From NCBI GenBank assembly GCA_965198005.1, contig CBDAOI010000003.1, positions 288,001 to 352,000 of the forward strand: DNA of 64,000 nucleotides, written 5' to 3'. Below, in pieces: positions 29,712 to 39,760 of this stretch; within the stretch, counting starts at the first letter, position 1; the number at the start of each line of letters is the position of its first letter. The notes beneath the pieces were generated by a model that saw only the letters and a program-made list of their open reading frames with translations, was not told the origin of the DNA and did not search any database. The DNA is from Spirochaetia bacterium. GTDB taxonomy: Bacteria; Spirochaetota; Spirochaetia; SZUA-6; Bin103. Both the position numbers and the translations under genes were made by a program.

Positions 29712-31304
29712 ATGGCTGCGCTGCACTGGGCGGACGCGGCCGCGGAACGCATCATCCGCCAACGCGGCGACCGCGCGCACTACGTGGTGGCCTCGGGCGT
29801 GTCGCCGTCGGGCTCGGTGCACTTCGGCCATCTGCGCGAGGTGATGTCCACCGAGTTGGTGGCGCGCGCGCTGCGCGACCGCGGCAAGCAGGTCCGCTTC
29901 ATCTACTCCTGGGACGACTACGACGCATTCCGGCAGGTGCCCGCCAACCTGCCGCGCCGGGAGGAGCTTGCCCGCCACCTGCGCAAACCGGTGGTGGACG
30001 TGCCGGACCCGTTCGGTGCGGCACCCAACTATGCGGCGGGCTTCGAGCGGGGGCTGGAACGGGTGCTGCCGCGGCTGGGGATCCAGCCCGATTACCGGTA
30101 CCAGGCGGCCCGCTACCGCGCCGGCACCTACGCCGCCGCCATCCGCACCGCACTCGGGGCGCGGGCCGCCATCCGCGCCATCCTCGACCAGCACCGCACC
30201 ACGCCGTTGCCGGACTCCTACTGGCCGATCACGGTCTACTCGGAGTTGGACGGCACCGACAACACCACCGTGCTCGACTGGGACGGGGCCGATACCGTGA
30301 CCTACCGCGACGTGGACGGCGCCGAGCGCCAACTCGACCTGAGCCGCGCGGGCGCCGCCGCCAAGCTGCTCTGGCGGGTCGACTGGCCGATGCGCTGGGC
30401 GCACGAAGGGGTGGACTTCGAGCCCGCCGGCAAGGATCACCTGGTCGCCGGCGGCTCGTTCGACACCGCCACCGAAATCGTGCGCGAGGTGTTCGGCGGG
30501 GAACCGCCTGCCACCTTCCTGTATGGCGACGTGGGGGTCAAGGGCGGCGCCGGCCGCATCTCGTCCTCCGCCGGCAACGCGGTCACCATCGAGCAGGTGC
30601 TCGCCGTCTACCAGCCGGAGGTGGTGCGGTTTCACTATGCCGGCACCCGCCCCAACGCCGAGTTCGTGGTGTCGTTCGACCTTGACGTGCTCAAGATCTA
30701 CGAGGACTACGACCGCACCGAGCGGGTCTACTTCGGGGTCGAGGAGGCGAGCGCCAAGCGCCGCGACCGCGACCGGCGGGTGTACGAACTGTCGCAGCTC
30801 GCGGCGGTGCCGGAGCGCATGCCTCCGCAGGTAACCTTGCGTCACCTGTGCAACCTGCTCCAGATCCGCGACGGCGACGTGGCGGCGACGGTGGCGGCGC
30901 TGGTGCCGGAGCAGGGGCTGACGGCGCCGGAGCAGGAGGATGCGCGCCGTCGCCTGGAAGCGCGCGCCCGCTGCGCCGCCGCCTGGCTGGAGAGCTACGC
31001 GCCCGCCGCCATGCGCTTCCGGCTGCGCCGGCCGCACCAGCCGGCGCAGCCCATGCCGGCTCGGGAGGCGGCTGCGCTCGGCGCGCTGTACCGCGAGCTG
31101 GACTGCCTGGACCGGCATGACGGCGCCTCCCTTTCCAACCGCCTCTATGTCATCGCCGCGGAGCACGACCTGAAGCCGGTGGCACTGTTCCAGGCCGCGT
31201 ACCGGGCCCTGCTCGGCGCCGAGCGGGGGCCGCGGCTGGCGGACTTCATCCTGCTGAGCGGCCGGGAACGGATCGCGCCGCTGCTGGCGGCCTACGGCGC
31301 GTGA
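29712..31304 (+). CDS. lysS: Lysine-tRNA ligase, class I
   Basis: HWAD, SPSGSVHFGH, DWPMRW, FEPAGKDH, GPRL. Confidence 0.95.
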   Translation: MAALHWADAAAERIIRQRGDRAHYVVASGVSPSGSVHFGHLREVMSTELVARALRDRGKQVRFIYSWDDYDAFRQVPANLPRREELARHLRKPVVDVPDPFGAAPNYAAGFERGLERVLPRLGIQPDYRYQAARYRAGTYAAAIRTALGARAAIRAILDQHRTTPLPDSYWPITVYSELDGTDNTTVLDWDGADTVTYRDVDGAERQLDLSRAGAAAKLLWRVDWPMRWAHEGVDFEPAGKDHLVAGGSFDTATEIVREVFGGEPPATFLYGDVGVKGGAGRISSSAGNAVTIEQVLAVYQPEVVRFHYAGTRPNAEFVVSFDLDVLKIYEDYDRTERVYFGVEEASAKRRDRDRRVYELSQLAAVPERMPPQVTLRHLCNLLQIRDGDVAATVAALVPEQGLTAPEQEDARRRLEARARCAAAWLESYAPAAMRFRLRRPHQPAQPMPAREAAALGALYRELDCLDRHDGASLSNRLYVIAAEHDLKPVALFQAAYRALLGAERGPRLADFILLSGRERIAPLLAAYGA

Positions 31305-32092
31305 GCGGCACCCCGGCAGGCACGGCGGGCGCGGCGGGCATGGCAGACCCGGCAGGCACCGAAAACCCGGAGCGCACGGCGCCCGCGGACGCCGTCAAGG
31401 CCGCCGTGGGTGAAGCCGCCGCGGCGCTGGTGGAGTCCGGCATGCGGGTGGGCCTCGGCACCGGCTCCACTGCCGTGCACGCGGTGGGCGTCATCGCCGC
31501 GCGGGTGCGCCGGGGAACGCTGCGCGAGCTGGCGCTGGTGCCGACCAGCTCGCAGGTCCGGGCCGTGTGCTGGGTGCTGGGTCTGAACCTGCTGTCTCTG
31601 AACGATCCCGCCGTGGCGGGGGCGCTCGACCTCACCATCGACGGCGCCGACGAGGTGGATGCGCAGTGGCGCCTGATCAAGGGCGGCGGCGGCGCCCTGC
31701 TCAGTGAGAAGATTGCGGCCCATGCCAGTGCCCGCTACGCGATCGTGGTGGACGAGTCGAAGCTGGTGGACGTGCTCGGGGCGCGGTTCCCGGTGCCGAT
31801 CGAGGTGGTCCCGGAAGCGCTGGCGCCGGTGCGTGCCGGGCTCGAGCGGCGCGGTTACCAGCCGGCGCTGCGCCTGGCGGTGCGCAAGCAGGGGCCGGTG
31901 GTGACCGACAACGGCAACTTCATTCTGGACGCGCGGCCGCCGGTGGAATTCGACCCCGTGGCCGCCGAGCGCGAGCTGGCGGCAATTCCCGGCATCGTCG
32001 AGAACGGCATCTTCACCTGCCACGTGACCGACCTGTTCGTGGGCGGCGCGAGCGGCGTCCGCCACCGGCAGCGCGGCACCGGCGCGCCGTAG
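31301..32092 (+). CDS. rpiA: Ribose-5-phosphate isomerase A
   Basis: GLGTGST, DGADEVD, KGGGGAL, TDNGN. Confidence 0.96.
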   Translation: MSGTPAGTAGAAGMADPAGTENPERTAPADAVKAAVGEAAAALVESGMRVGLGTGSTAVHAVGVIAARVRRGTLRELALVPTSSQVRAVCWVLGLNLLSLNDPAVAGALDLTIDGADEVDAQWRLIKGGGGALLSEKIAAHASARYAIVVDESKLVDVLGARFPVPIEVVPEALAPVRAGLERRGYQPALRLAVRKQGPVVTDNGNFILDARPPVEFDPVAAERELAAIPGIVENGIFTCHVTDLFVGGASGVRHRQRGTGAP

Positions 32093-32102
32093 GGCCGCCG
32101 CC

Positions 32103-33032
32103 GTGCAGCAACCGCCCCGCGACCTGTCCCGCCAACCGGCCGCCGACGCCCCCCGCCACCCGCACCGCGTCGAGGCGTGGCTTGCGGCCGCGGAAGCGGC
32201 GGCCGCGGCCGCCGCCGGCCGCGCGATCGTCCCCGGTACCGAGAAGCTCGTGGCGTGGAACGGCGGCGCGCCGCGGCGAACCGAACTCGCGCTGGTGTTC
32301 ATCCACGGCTACACCGGCAGCCGGCAATCACTGGCACCGGTGCTGGAACAGGTGGCGGGACGGCTGGGCGCCAACCTGTTCTGCACGCGGCTGGCCGGCG
32401 GCGGCCTGGACGCGGACGCCATCGGCCGCGTGACCCTGGCCGACTGGCAGCGTGACGTCGTAGAAGCGGGACTGATCGGCGCCGCCATCGGCCGGCGGGT
32501 GGTGATGGTCGGCATGTCGACCGGCTGCCCGCTGGCCGCCTGGTGGGTGGCCGCGCATCCGGCGGCCGCCGCCCTGGTGTTCGTGTCGCCCAACTTCGGG
32601 CCGTGCCGGCGCGGCGCCGGCATCCTGCTCACTCCGGTCGGCCCGCTGGCGGCGTGGCTGGCCTTCGGCCGCTACCGCGACCTGTCGGGCGAGGGTGAGC
32701 TGCAGGATCGCTACTGGACCACCCGGCACCGGTCCCGCTCGCTGGTGCCGATGATGCAGTCGGTGCGGCTCGGACACCGGACCGCCCTGGAACGGATCGC
32801 CTGCCCGAGCCTGGTGGTCTACACCGAACGCGACCGGCTGGTGTCGGTGCTCGAAATGAAACGGGCCTACGCGCGCCTCGGCAGCGCCCGCAAGCGGCTG
32901 GTGAACCTGCCCGGGGCGGGCGGGCACGAGCTGGCCGGCACCATCCACGCGCCCGCGCAGGTCCCGGTCCTGAGCGCCGTGATCACGCGGTTCCTGCGCC
33001 GGGAAATCCGGATAACGCGACAATTTCCCTGA
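32103..33032 (+). CDS. Alpha/beta hydrolase
   Basis: FIHGY, GMSTG nucleophile elbow, C-terminal His. Confidence 0.85.
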   Translation: MQQPPRDLSRQPAADAPRHPHRVEAWLAAAEAAAAAAAGRAIVPGTEKLVAWNGGAPRRTELALVFIHGYTGSRQSLAPVLEQVAGRLGANLFCTRLAGGGLDADAIGRVTLADWQRDVVEAGLIGAAIGRRVVMVGMSTGCPLAAWWVAAHPAAAALVFVSPNFGPCRRGAGILLTPVGPLAAWLAFGRYRDLSGEGELQDRYWTTRHRSRSLVPMMQSVRLGHRTALERIACPSLVVYTERDRLVSVLEMKRAYARLGSARKRLVNLPGAGGHELAGTIHAPAQVPVLSAVITRFLRREIRITRQFP

Positions 33033-33079
33033 CAAAAGGGTACGATTGACCGGTGTCGGGGAGAGTGACTGCCCGAGCG

Positions 33080-33320
33080 ATGGACGACGCGTACATAGAA
33101 CTCGTGAGGTCAAAACGGGGTTGGCGAAATCGGGTGGCATCACAGCGTCTGGACCCGGCGCGAGATCGTTCACTGCTCTGATGAAAAGATCCACGTGGAC
33201 ACGCAGTTCACCAGGTATCGGGAAGATGGATCGGTCATTGCGGCCCACGATTCCCTCTACGTCCTCACCTGCGAAAACAACAAATGGGGCGTCAAGATGC
33301 GGTCCAGCTATGCAAGATAG
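33080..33320 (+). pseudogene. NTF2/SnoaL-like hypothetical protein remnant
   Basis: Unlisted frame GWHHSVWTRREIVHCSDEKIHVDTQFTRYREDGS..WGVKMRSSYAR*; 5' part frameshifted. Confidence 0.55.
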
Positions 33321-33406
33321 AGACAATCGGGAATGTTGGGTGGCAGACCGTATCCGAGCGACGACCCGGGAGGTCGTCGAGCAGGCCCACGGCGGCGCGC
33401 TACCCC

Positions 33407-34717
33407 TCAGGGTTCGGGCAGGGTGGGGCCGCCCACCAGCAGCGCTTCGATTTCGGCCTCGGCCCGGCTCGGCCGCGCGTGCGCCACCAGGCGCAGCAGG
33501 CGCTGCAGCTCGGTGCGGTCCTCCAGCCGCGCCAGCGCGGGCACGGTCTGCTTCAGGTTTTGGAACCCGCGCTTGGCGTTGAGCCGCAGGCTGGGCGTGC
33601 GGCTGCTGCCGCGGATGCCGCTCTCCAGGCGCCGCAGATGGTGATAGCTGGCGTCCAGCGTGGCTGAGATCCCCTTGCCGGCCGCGCGGCGCGTGATTTC
33701 GTCCCGGATCAGGTCCTGCATCCGGTCGAGGTTGGTGCCGCCGCGATAGGTCACCCGCAACGGCACCGAGATCAGCGCTTCGCCCTCCACCGTGAAGCCG
33801 CTCAGCCACTCGGTGTAGAACCCGCTTTCCAGCACGATCGGGGTGGACCGCGGGATGAAGCGCAGGCGCTGCAGCTCGCTTAGGTGGGCGCGCTGGCGCG
33901 CGATCTCGCGCTGAAGCTGCAGGTCGCCGGGCGCCGCCGCCAACTGCTCCTCGAGCGGGGCCAGAAGCTCCTGTTCGATATAGCGGATCGCCTGTGACAG
34001 CGGCAGCTTGATCCGCTCGGCCACGATCAGTTCCTGCTCGGCATCGTGCTCCACGCCGTAGGGCGGGTCGGCCTGTCCCTCCCAGGCCGCGGTCGGCAGC
34101 AGGATGTTCACCAGCCGCCGCAGCGGGCGCGGCAGCCGCTCCGTATGGAACAGCGGCGCGTAGGTGTCGTCCCGCGCCGCGTACTTGCGCAGCGTCCGGG
34201 TGACGATCCGCGCCAGGGTACGGGTGGCGGTGGCCGGAATCGCCTCCGGCTCGAACAGCGCCCCACCGCCGCCCAGCACCAGTTGCTGGAACAACTCGCG
34301 CGCGCGCCGGTAGGCCGGGTCCTCCGCGATCAGCGCTCTCTGATCCTCCGAGACGCCGGCGGCCACCAGCTCGTCGAGCAGCGCCAGACCGGTGGTAGCC
34401 GCGTCCCGCGCCCGCTGATGCAGACGCGGCGCCGGTTCCCCGCTCGCGCGCAGCCCGGCCAGAATGGCCAGCGCCAACTCGAACCGGGTGCAGACCAGTC
34501 CCAGCAGGTCGTCGAGCTGCTTCAACCCGGCGTAGCGGCGGTCGTCGTGCGCCACGCGCACGGCCAGACGCGCCTCCTCCCCTTCGAGGCGCCGCACCGC
34601 CGCGCTCCACGAGCCTTCCGGCGGCAGGGGGACTGACCGTGACAGCCGCACCGGGGCAGCATGCCGCCGCCAATCGAAGGCGGTCAACCGGCCCCGGTTG
34701 GCGTATCTTGAAGCCAC
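33407..34717 (-). CDS. Hypothetical helical protein (start uncertain)
   Basis: Long ORF with host-like codon usage; no recognised motif. Confidence 0.6.
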   Translation of the reverse strand: MASRYANRGRLTAFDWRRHAAPVRLSRSVPLPPEGSWSAAVRRLEGEEARLAVRVAHDDRRYAGLKQLDDLLGLVCTRFELALAILAGLRASGEPAPRLHQRARDAATTGLALLDELVAAGVSEDQRALIAEDPAYRRARELFQQLVLGGGGALFEPEAIPATATRTLARIVTRTLRKYAARDDTYAPLFHTERLPRPLRRLVNILLPTAAWEGQADPPYGVEHDAEQELIVAERIKLPLSQAIRYIEQELLAPLEEQLAAAPGDLQLQREIARQRAHLSELQRLRFIPRSTPIVLESGFYTEWLSGFTVEGEALISVPLRVTYRGGTNLDRMQDLIRDEITRRAAGKGISATLDASYHHLRRLESGIRGSSRTPSLRLNAKRGFQNLKQTVPALARLEDRTELQRLLRLVAHARPSRAEAEIEALLVGGPTLPEP

Positions 34718-34718
34718 T

Positions 34719-34955
34719 ATGGCGGTTCGGATCTACTCCACTCCCACCTGCACCTTCTGTCACCAGCTCAAGGACTACCTGCGTGACCGGCAGGTGAAGT
34801 TCGTGGACTACGACGTATCGCGCGACCAGCGCAAGGCGGGCGAGATGCTGCACAAGTCGCGCCAGACCGGGGTGCCGGTGCTCGATTTCCACGGCACCAT
34901 CGTGGTCGGCTTCGACAAACCCAAGGTCGACCGGCTCATCGCCAAACACCGCTGA
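34719..34955 (+). CDS. Glutaredoxin-like protein (YruB/NrdH type)
   Basis: YSTPTCTFC, GVPV, VGFD. Confidence 0.9.
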   Translation: MAVRIYSTPTCTFCHQLKDYLRDRQVKFVDYDVSRDQRKAGEMLHKSRQTGVPVLDFHGTIVVGFDKPKVDRLIAKHR

Positions 34956-35244
34956 GGCGCCGCTGGCTAGGGGTGGCGATGATCCGGCAATGTCCGCGAG
35001 GTTGTTGTCGTGGTCTCATTCGTGCAGACGCTGTCCAACAGCGCTGGGTCGTAGCGCAACGGTCACAGCGGCAAGGTGCTGGACGCATTCGAGCTTTTGA
35101 CGGCGACGTTCGCAGCATCTAGCACGGTTGACCTGCGCACGGACTGGTACGGGGAGAAGGGCGGATTTGGACGTGAGAAACGGCTCCATGAGGGCCGTCA
35201 GCAGGGGCATCGAAGGGGAGTAGGTCGATGATGTCGCCCGCCGG

Positions 35245-35320
35245 AGAAGCTCGATGCCCTGATCAATGCCCTGCTCGATACCCTGCCCGATGCCTTCCTT
35301 GAGGCCCTGCTCGCGATCCG
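35245..35320 (-). pseudogene. C-terminal repeat remnant of an Rpn/YhgA-like protein
   Basis: 12-bp periodic sequence encoding REQGLKEGIGQGIEQGIDQGIE. Confidence 0.5.
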
Positions 35321-36010
35321 TCTCCTGCGCTAATCAATTGAGAACTCTTGAGACTAGGTCGCGCCGCGCATCAGGAGGCCCGCCATAATTGGAAGGCTTA
35401 CACCGGAATCGCTGGTAACTTTGCCCGGAATGCCTGGTAGGGTTCGGCCGGAATGCCCAAGCCAGGGATCGAGGACGCCAGAACAGAGTTGGAGAACATT
35501 TCGACCAGGGCACGGCTGATGATCTTGAGGAGAAGGTAGCCCAAACGCTGAGCCCAACGGATCGACGCCGATTTCGATGCCTCGACGTACCTTTGCCATC
35601 ATCGGCGGGATCGGCGAAGTAGGTGGTGCCGGCCGCGCCCTCCCAGTCCGGCGATCGGCTTGGTGTTGGAGTACATGCGAAACAGCGCGTCGGACCTTGA
35701 AGACAACCTGCAAACCGGACACGGTCCAGGTGACACTGGTCTGTCTCGTCCGGAGAGACTGCGACACGCGAACAAGGGGCCTTCGCACACAGTTCAGCGC
35801 CCGCTAGCTCCTCTACGTCGCCGGCAACGCCGCCGGCGCCTCAGCCACCTGGTAGCTGTAGCGGTACGTTCGAAACCTGTCCAGGAGGGGGAGCTTCTTC
35901 CTTCTTTTTTGGGGCCCAAACCGCCACGCGCCCAGCCGCTGGGCTTGCGTAGCGACGGGTGGCGCGGTAGGGTAGCCGAATCCCGGAGTGGTGAATCGAG
36001 AGGTGACGCG

Positions 36011-36865
36011 ATGAGGTTAGAGGGCAAGGTGGCGCTGGTGAGCGCGGCCGGGCGAGGTATCGGTCGGGGCATCGTCCTGGCATTGGCACGCGAGGGGGCC
36101 GACATCGCGCTCAACTCGTTTAGCGAGGAGTCGACCGCGGCGGTGGCGGCGGAGGTCGAGGCCCTCGGCCGGCGGGTATTGGCAGTGTCTGGCGACATCA
36201 CCGCCCCGCAGCAGGTGACGGCGCTCGTCGACCGCGCGATCGAGACGCTGGGCGGCATCGACATCCTGGTGAACAACGTCGGCGGCGGCGCCCAGGACGC
36301 CGTGGACCCAGCGCACGGCCGGCTGGCCGAGGTGGCTGCGGCCTGGGACGGGACCTACCTGCTCACCCTACGTGCACCGGTGCTCATGTCCGAGGCGCTG
36401 GCCCCGCACTTCCAGGAGCGCAAGGCGGGTCGGATCGTCAACATCGGCTCCAACGCCGGCCGCTACACCGGCTCGCAGCGGTCGCTCGCCTACGTCTCCT
36501 CTCCACAGTACGCGGCCATGAAGACGGCAATCACCAGCTACTCCCAGACCTTGGCGCGGCGGCTCGGCCCACACGGGGTAACGGTCAACTGTGTGTGCCC
36601 GGGCATCGTACTGACGGACGCCTGGCGCGGGACCTCACGCCGGGTCGTGAAGCAGCTCGAGGAGTATCGGCACCTGACGCCGGAGGAATGGTTCGCGGGC
36701 ATCGCCGAGAGCAAGTACCCCGATTTTCTGGCGCCGGTTCCCCTCGGCGAGCTGCCAACCATCGAAGACGTGGCCCAAATGGTGCTGTTCTTCACCGTGC
36801 CGGAGTCGAGGCATCTGACCGCGCAGGTGGTCGCGGTTGACAGTGGTCAGGTGATGACCCGCTGA
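36011..36865 (+). CDS. SDR family oxidoreductase
   Basis: AAGRGIG, NNVG, YAAMK, VNCVCPG; SD GAGG. Confidence 0.92.
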   Translation: MRLEGKVALVSAAGRGIGRGIVLALAREGADIALNSFSEESTAAVAAEVEALGRRVLAVSGDITAPQQVTALVDRAIETLGGIDILVNNVGGGAQDAVDPAHGRLAEVAAAWDGTYLLTLRAPVLMSEALAPHFQERKAGRIVNIGSNAGRYTGSQRSLAYVSSPQYAAMKTAITSYSQTLARRLGPHGVTVNCVCPGIVLTDAWRGTSRRVVKQLEEYRHLTPEEWFAGIAESKYPDFLAPVPLGELPTIEDVAQMVLFFTVPESRHLTAQVVAVDSGQVMTR

Positions 36866-37032
36866 CGGGAGAGGTGGCGAAACTGATTGATGTCACTTCG
36901 ACGGCTGAGCGCCAGCTGGTCGCAGACGACGCGGTCGTTGGCGGGATCGAAGCTGCTGCCGTGTGTGTGTCCGGCGCTCGTCCTCCCCTAGCTTCAGCTC
37001 AGTTTTCCCGCGGCTGGTTACTCAGAGTATCG

Positions 37033-37617
37033 TTACGCGTGCGATGCAGCTTCGACTCTGCCTGCCAGGGATTGGAAGAAGGCGCTGTCCCACAGCTCCA
37101 GATCGGCTTCGTCGCGGATGAACGGGCGTACGTCACTTCTTGCCTGATCGAAATCCACCTGTTGGAATCGGCGCCGCAGAAGCTGGCAGAGTTGAGCGGC
37201 GTCGAGTTCGCGGGCATGCTTCCAGTGGCCCGTCTGCGTCATGCGGGCCTGCAGATGGCGGACGTTGCAGGGGATCTGTCGTCCCAGATACCAGAGGAAG
37301 TCGTAGAAATCGCGGCCTTTCACGCGGCCCTTCCAGTCGCGGCAGAGAATGGCGTGCAGCTTGCCGGCAAACAGACACGGCAGATCGAACAAGCGCACGT
37401 GGAACGGAATCGGCGTAAGCAGCGGGAGCACTTCGTACTCGGCCAGGGGCGGCGGATCGGTGTCGAGCTCGATTCTGATCCGCACCTGCTGTAAGTCCGG
37501 AAGGCGGGCGCGCAAATAGTCGGGCGTACCGATGTGGGTGAGGTTGATGCGCGTCCCCCCCTTGAACGGGATTGGTGCGAAGGCGGTTCGGTATTCTATC
37601 TGTCTGCGCGCGCTCAC
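37033..37617 (-). pseudogene. AbiEii-type nucleotidyltransferase toxin, C-terminal part
   Basis: IRIELDTDPP, LFAGKLHAIL, KGRDFYDF; N-terminal catalytic region absent. Confidence 0.72.
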
Positions 37618-37699
37618 AATTGTGCATCCAGGCGAACTGGTCTGACTGGGTACTGTGAGGGGAGTGGTCGGTTCAGGAAGTGTCGATGGTGGGTACGAA

Positions 37700-37995
37700 C
37701 GGCGTATCGGTGGAAGACGCGGGCCAAGGCGTCGATGGCGCCGACCGCATTCTTGCGGGCGGTCGAGATGTAGGAGCGGATCCGGCAGAAGGCGTTGGCG
37801 CCTTCGTCGGTGCGGAACGTGCCGGAGATTTTCTGCTGCACCTTCATCATGCGAATGTCGCCTTCAGCCAGATTGTTGGTGAATGGGACATTGAGGTCGT
37901 ACATGAAAGCCAGGACTTCCTGGCGGTGCTGGTCGAGCCGTTCGAGCAGGTTTCTGGGCTTGGTCTTTTTTCTTCTCCCGCGCTTCTTGGTTGCG
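37700..37995 (-). mobile_element. IS66-family transposase C-terminal fragment
   Basis: [35 protein letters not shown]. Confidence 0.82.
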
Positions 37996-37999
37996 CCTG

Positions 38000-38195
38000 C
38001 AGGTCGAATGACCAGTATGCTCAGCCGCAGGATGGTCAGATTCTGCTGATACTGAAGGCCCCGATCCATTGTCACCAGGACATCGAAGCGTTCATGGGCA
38101 CGTTGCAGGAGATCGGCTTGAACCGTGGTGACTTGGTGCCCCACCAGTGCAGCGACGAGATCGCGCGGCAGGTTTTCGTCAAGCAGAACGCGCAC
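38000..38195 (-). pseudogene. DUF5615 PIN-like toxin, truncated and fused to the IS66 fragment
   Basis: [25 protein letters not shown]. Confidence 0.75.
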
Positions 38196-38406
38196 TGGCC
38201 AGGACGGAGCTTCGGGCAAGTTCCAGCGTGGCAAGTGCCTGGGTACGCGAAACCGACGGAAACTGGTCCAGGAACCGGTCGAGTGTTTCTCCGCCCTCCA
38301 GGTAATCGAACAACGCTTTCACCGGCACGCGTGTTCCGCGAAACACAGGTGTACCACCGGAGATTTCGGGATCACTGACGACGTCCAACGATCGATCAGC
38401 CTGCAT
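38179..38406 (-). CDS. DUF433 antitoxin-like protein
   Basis: [26 protein letters not shown]. Confidence 0.9.
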   Translation of the reverse strand: MQADRSLDVVSDPEISGGTPVFRGTRVPVKALFDYLEGGETLDRFLDQFPSVSRTQALATLELARSSVLASARSA

Positions 38407-38508
38407 GGGCACTATTGTAGCAGACGCCTCCGCGTCCCATGCAACCGGCATATTGCTTTGCTTTCAATTGCGCTGACGGCGTACTGCTCGGAGGGGAGAC
38501 CTACTTGG

Positions 38509-38964
38509 TCACAAACGCCGCTGCCCGACACAAAGGTAAATGGCGCCAGCGTAGAACTCCTGGTACAGGACCTCGTCCAGGTGCCGCCTGACTGACTTCC
38601 AGGGCGTTCGCTCGGCGTAGCCAGGGCCCACTCCAAAGGGCCGGAGGAGCCAGGCTCCGAAACGAACCATCCACTCCGGCAAACCTTCCGGTCGCTTCAT
38701 CTCCAAGATGGCCAGGCGTCCTCCGGGACGCAGAGCCTCCGCCGCCCGCCGGATCACACCGTCGTAATCATCGACCATCGTCATCGCGAAGGTGGACAGC
38801 ACGCCTCCGACGTTGCCCGGAAACTCGTAGTCGGCCACGTCGCACTGCACCAAATCGACGTTCGCCCATCCCGCGCTCTCCGCACGATGCCGGGCTTCGC
38901 GCAGCATGGCATCGGTAAGGTCGACGCCGACGATGCGCCCTGAGGCGGTGACACCGCGTTCCAA
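38509..38964 (-). pseudogene. Class I SAM methyltransferase, motif I missing
   Basis: IVGVDLTDAML, LRPGGRLAI; no GxGxG upstream. Confidence 0.72.
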
Positions 38965-38984
38965 CCACGGAAAGTTTCTTCCCG

Positions 38985-39163
38985 TGCCAGATCCCGCAGC
39001 GCCAGCAGCGCCGAGGTCTTGCCGGTCTGCCGCGGCGCGTGCAGCACGAAGTACTTCTTGTCCCGGATCAAGCCGAGCACCGCGTCGAGATCGATCCGTT
39101 CCAGGGGCGGGATGTGGTAGTGGTCCGCGGCCACAACGGGCCCTCCGTGTTGAACTTGCGCAC
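38985..39163 (-). pseudogene. N-terminal fragment of an AAA-like ATP-binding protein
   Basis: FNTEGP, DHYHIPPLER..LHAPRQTGKTS. Confidence 0.7.
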
Positions 39164-39304
39164 GGTCACCTTCGTCGCAGAGTACGGCTCGGCTGTCATC
39201 CTCGAGCTGCATCTCGTCCTCGTGGGTCACGCGGCCGTTGTCGTCGACCAACCGCGACCGCCAGCCGTCGTGAGTTGGGGTGATGTTAGCGACTACACTC
39301 GCTG

Positions 39305-39394
39305 TCACAGCGCCGCGGAAGGTTCCCGTACGTCGACCTCGGTGCGGCCGCGAAAGTGGCGGGCATTCCAGGTTACGAACGTCGTATCTTCCGC
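39305..39394 (-). pseudogene. PIN toxin C-terminal remnant
   Basis: AEDTTFVTWNARHFRGRTEVDVREPSAAL* directly behind the Phd gene. Confidence 0.55.
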
Positions 39395-39648
39395 CTTTTG
39401 GGCTGGCCCAGCGCCTCCTCCACCGTTGCAAAGGCGGGTTCGCTGTCGAGGAGGACCGACTCGATCTCCTCCCACGCTTCAGCGAACGGCCTGGCCGGCT
39501 GGCGCGGCTCATCGCGCGGCGCGAACGGAGCAAGGACCGCCACCGGCTTACCGCGCCTGGTAATGACGAACCGCTCCCCCGTACCGATCTCGGCAAGCAG
39601 CCGGGGCGTGTCCTGCCGCAACTCCTTGACCGTGGCAAATCTTACCAT
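39373..39648 (-). CDS. Phd/YefM antitoxin
   Basis: TVKELRQDTPRLL..FVITRRGKPVAVL. Confidence 0.88.
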   Translation of the reverse strand: MVRFATVKELRQDTPRLLAEIGTGERFVITRRGKPVAVLAPFAPRDEPRQPARPFAEAWEEIESVLLDSEPAFATVEEALGQPKRRKIRRS

Positions 39649-39653
39649 AGGCA

Positions 39654-39672
39654 CCTTTAGAATACCTAAAGG
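39654..39672. promoter_or_regulatory. Palindromic operator upstream of Phd
   Basis: CCTTTAG-aatac-CTAAAGG overlapping a minus-strand TATTCT -10 box. Confidence 0.55.
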
Positions 39673-39760
39673 GGGTCTTTTTATCCACCTGCGGTGTGCA
39701 GTAGTGGAGCAGGGCCGTCCTGGCCGCGAAGGGCGCCTGCGAACACGTCAACACGTGTAC

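Noticed and set aside
34951-35845. 12-bp inverted repeat (GCTGAGGCGCCG) as element ends
   Set aside because: Short GC-rich match plausible by chance; no target duplication or intact transposase inside.
35914-35973. Imperfect hairpin resembling an integron attC site
   Set aside because: Ends (GCCCAAAC / GGTAGGGT) do not match RYYYAAC/GTTRRRY; single copy; no intI.
37614-38234. 206-aa ORF as a novel PIN-transposase fusion or an active IS66
   Set aside because: In-frame junction of two truncated fragments; no tnpA/tnpB or terminal repeats.
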